NCBI GenBank assembly: GCA_030141605.1 | Contig: JAQGDQ010000216.1 | Span: forward strand, 310,046-374,045 | Reading direction: 5' to 3' | Length of the DNA stretch: 64,000 bases | Origin: Tubiluchus corallicola | Lineage: Eukaryota; Animalia; Priapulida | Part shown: positions 61,284 to 64,000 of the stretch, one piece after another | Layout: each line of letters starts with the position of its first letter | Numbering within the stretch: position 1 is the stretch's first letter | The notes under the pieces: model-generated | Database searches by the model: none | Told to the model about the DNA's origin: nothing | Seen by the model: the letters and a program-made list of their open reading frames with translations, nothing else | Made by a program: the position numbers and the translations under genes

Positions 61284-63762
61284 CTAATTGAGAATAGGCC
61301 ACTGTTCATCATTCACCCATTTCCAAGTACTTGAGAAATTCCAGCCTACAAAGACTACTCTATCCTTTTCAGTATCTTTGTACTGGCTGCTCTCTTTTTT
61401 CAAATACCTGCCACTACTAACTCCAATTCCTGCCACAGTAAGATGATTATCAATTTCCTGCGTGCCTGAGCTTTCCTCATCCCAATAATTATTAATATCA
61501 AGAAGAACGTTACCACTTTCTCCTACCAAGCCACCAAGACCTAGATATTGAAATACATTGTTCGTCTCTCCGGTGGCATAACAGTTCTCAATTATGACTC
61601 TTTCTTTAGTAGTACAACTTCCTATTAGTCCACCATAAGTGTTCCCTCCGCTACTACCTTTAGCATCTCCTGTGCTGTAAGAGTTGGTGACGGTACCTCC
61701 AAGGAATCCTATTAAGCCACCTAAGTGATTTGTGCCTTCTACATTTCCCGTAGCCTTACACTCATTAATTTTTAAAGCATTTTCATTTTCATTAAAATAT
61801 CCAAAAGATCCTGCTAATCCTCCGACATGACCGCTGATACCCTCTGCGGTAACATTTACTGATGCGGAACTTTTTGATATTTCAAAGAGATCAGTATCAG
61901 TAAATGCTCCATATCCTAATACCCCACCAGCGTTATTACCATTATTACTTCCACTACCTTTTGCCAGTATGGAGCCTCCTGTAATATGGCAGTTAACAAT
62001 TGTTGAATTGCTTCCATGCCCTACCAACCCAGCAACATTCGAATTTCCAGTTATTCCATTGCCATCTATTTTTATAATTACATTTTTTATCTCAGCGTTC
62101 CGTATATATCCAAACAGGCCTACCCCTTTTGTATTCTCTCTATCTATAAACAAGTTCTCTATCACCTTGTCATCACCATCGAGAGAACCCTCGAATTTAT
62201 TATCATTATTACCGACAGGGTCAAAGCCTTCTGCAGGGAGAGCATCCGGGAGTGTGCCTCCTGTTTGGGAGGGGACTGGTAGGGATATATTATTTTTCAA
62301 AGTATAATGGCCGTTTAAGTTATATTGCATTCCTTGTAGATCCTGCCAACTCTTTATATTATACTGCTCTTTGGTAGTGTTGTAGCTAAAGGGAGAATAT
62401 TCTATGTTTAATTTAATGGTAATGTCGCCATCATCTATACTGTTCCAGCTACTGGCAATCATCTGGCTCCATTATAATAGCTTACAACAGTGAGAGATGG
62501 CTTAATGTATTCTACGATTACAAAATATTCCTGTTCATCACCGTTTCCTGCTGTCACAACATAGGTTACCTCGTGATTGAAATCTGGAGTCGCCCCATCT
62601 TTTGTGCTTACAGTTGCATCATCTGATACTGTTATCTCAGGGTTCAATGAGGCTAAATTAATGCCAAAAGGATTTTTCGCTGTAATTGTATAGTTGCCCG
62701 GTGAAATCTCTCCCGCCACATCATCATTTAATCCTGGATTATCGTCTTTCGTAAATACAAATTTTGTAATCTCATTTTCTGTATTTCGCCCTACATTAAC
62801 CTTTACGTTATAAGTCCGTTTGTCATTATTTTCCGCCGTTACTGTGTAGGATATCTTATTCTCTGAATTTACACCAAAGTTTATACGCGTTCCACTAGCA
62901 GGATTAATCGTGGCCCCCCTCCGATATCTTTATTGTAGGAGTTAACTCGAGGTCTGTACCAAAAGGTACTTCAAGTGTGATATCCGGACCTGTAACATCT
63001 TCCGCAGATACATCATCATTTAATCCTGGATTATCTCCTTTCTTAAATACAAAGCTCTTAATTGCAGTTCCTTTTCTTTCTCCTACTTCAACTTTCACAT
63101 TGTAAGTCTGTTCGTCGCCATTTCCTGCTATTACAGTGTACGTAACAGGATTTGTAAAGCCGACCACTGTTACTTCACTTATTTGTGGTTCTATTCCTAT
63201 CTTTGCTTGAGCTTCATCAGGCAGCTCAAAAGTGGCTACTAACTTTGTTCTATCTGTACCGAAGGGAACGGTTAAATTGATATTATTCCCTGAAATATCT
63301 CCGGCATCTACATCTTCAGTTAATGATGCGTCTTCATTTTTGTCTGCCTTAAAAGCAAATTTAGTGATCTTGTTTTCTGTGTTTTTTTCTTTGTCAACTG
63401 TTACATAGTAAACCCGTTGGCTGTTATCTTCTGCTATTACAGTGTAGGGTTTATTATTTGTGAAGTCTCTTTCCACACCGCTTCTCGGGGATATAGTTGC
63501 TTTCTCCGAGATATCTATTGTTGGTTTTAATGAAGTGATTTTTGTTTTATAAGGTACTATTAGTCTAATGTTAGTGCCTACAATTTCTGTGGGCTCCACA
63601 TTATCAGTTAATTCACTATTGAGGTCGTGCTCAAAAACAAATTTTGTGATCGCTCTTTCACTGGAGGGGAGAGGAATCTCCTCTTTCTTGGCTGTCTCTT
63701 TGTTACACCCCAATAATGTAAAAATAGAGAGTAATAAATGAATAAAAATAAAGTGATTTCAT
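61284..63762 (-). pseudogene. Disrupted paralog of the modular GLUG surface lipoprotein
   Basis: ORFs 62904-63713, 62459-62719 and 61284-62462 are collinear with 50745-55976; +1 in A5 (63744-63748), +1 in C6 (62914-62919), and a ~50-codon deletion at ~62462. Confidence 0.85.
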
Positions 63763-63887
63763 GTTTTAGAATGTTTAAAATGCAAAAATACTGAGAAAAC
63801 ATTTATAAGTGGCCACTCCTTTTACATATTTTATATCTTTTTATGTTTTATTGTTCTTTTCTATGTTTTATATCTCCTTTTAGCTGT

Positions 63888-64000
63888 TTTCTTTACATTC
63901 TTTTGTTTTGATGTAAGAGAGGCGAAGGATCAAGTTCTTTTTAAGTTCTTTTGTCATGACACAAAAGAACCCCAAGATCAAGCCTGTAAATTCTTTTGAT
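63888..64000 (+). repeat. Cluster of diverged copies of the dispersed hairpin repeat
   Basis: ttctttacattcttttgttttgatg...gatcaag; gttcttttgt-catgac-acaaaagaaccccaagatcaagcc; a possible third copy begins at 63991. Confidence 0.75.

Overview
Chromosomal window from a Bacteroidota genome, probably Bacteroidales/Marinilabiliales-like, judged from the susC/susD pair, TAnnTTTG promoters, and ribH-TPR-recF-DUF721 and zapA-rny synteny. The backbone is housekeeping and envelope genes: ribH, recF, floA/nfeD, clpS, pbpC with alpha-2-macroglobulin, an AONS-family PLP enzyme, susCD, polA, ABC permeases with a LolA-like protein, zapA, rny, a sulfatase and a TonB receptor. It is heavily interrupted by insertion sequences: one intact, one broken and one miniature IS256, an internally deleted IS3, a frameshifted IS1634 with a 263-bp target duplication, and an internally deleted IS110. 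The most notable signals are: (1) a 446-bp IS110 derivative inserted at a CT core inside a dispersed hairpin repeat, whose joined ends would form a consensus Bacteroidota promoter, as in bridge-RNA elements; (2) that repeat family itself, with a 122-bp tandem array plus copies bracketing a 5.2-kb modular GLUG surface-lipoprotein gene; (3) a His-rich, RSPP-terminated upstream ORF before a TonB receptor, a candidate metal-sensing arrest peptide; (4) two mosaic paralogous surface lipoproteins, one decayed; (5) two uncharacterised multiheme cytochrome fusions; (6) a decayed phage-type amidase missed by the ORF track. No rRNA, tRNA or CRISPR array was recognised. All family assignments come from motif recognition by eye, not database searches.
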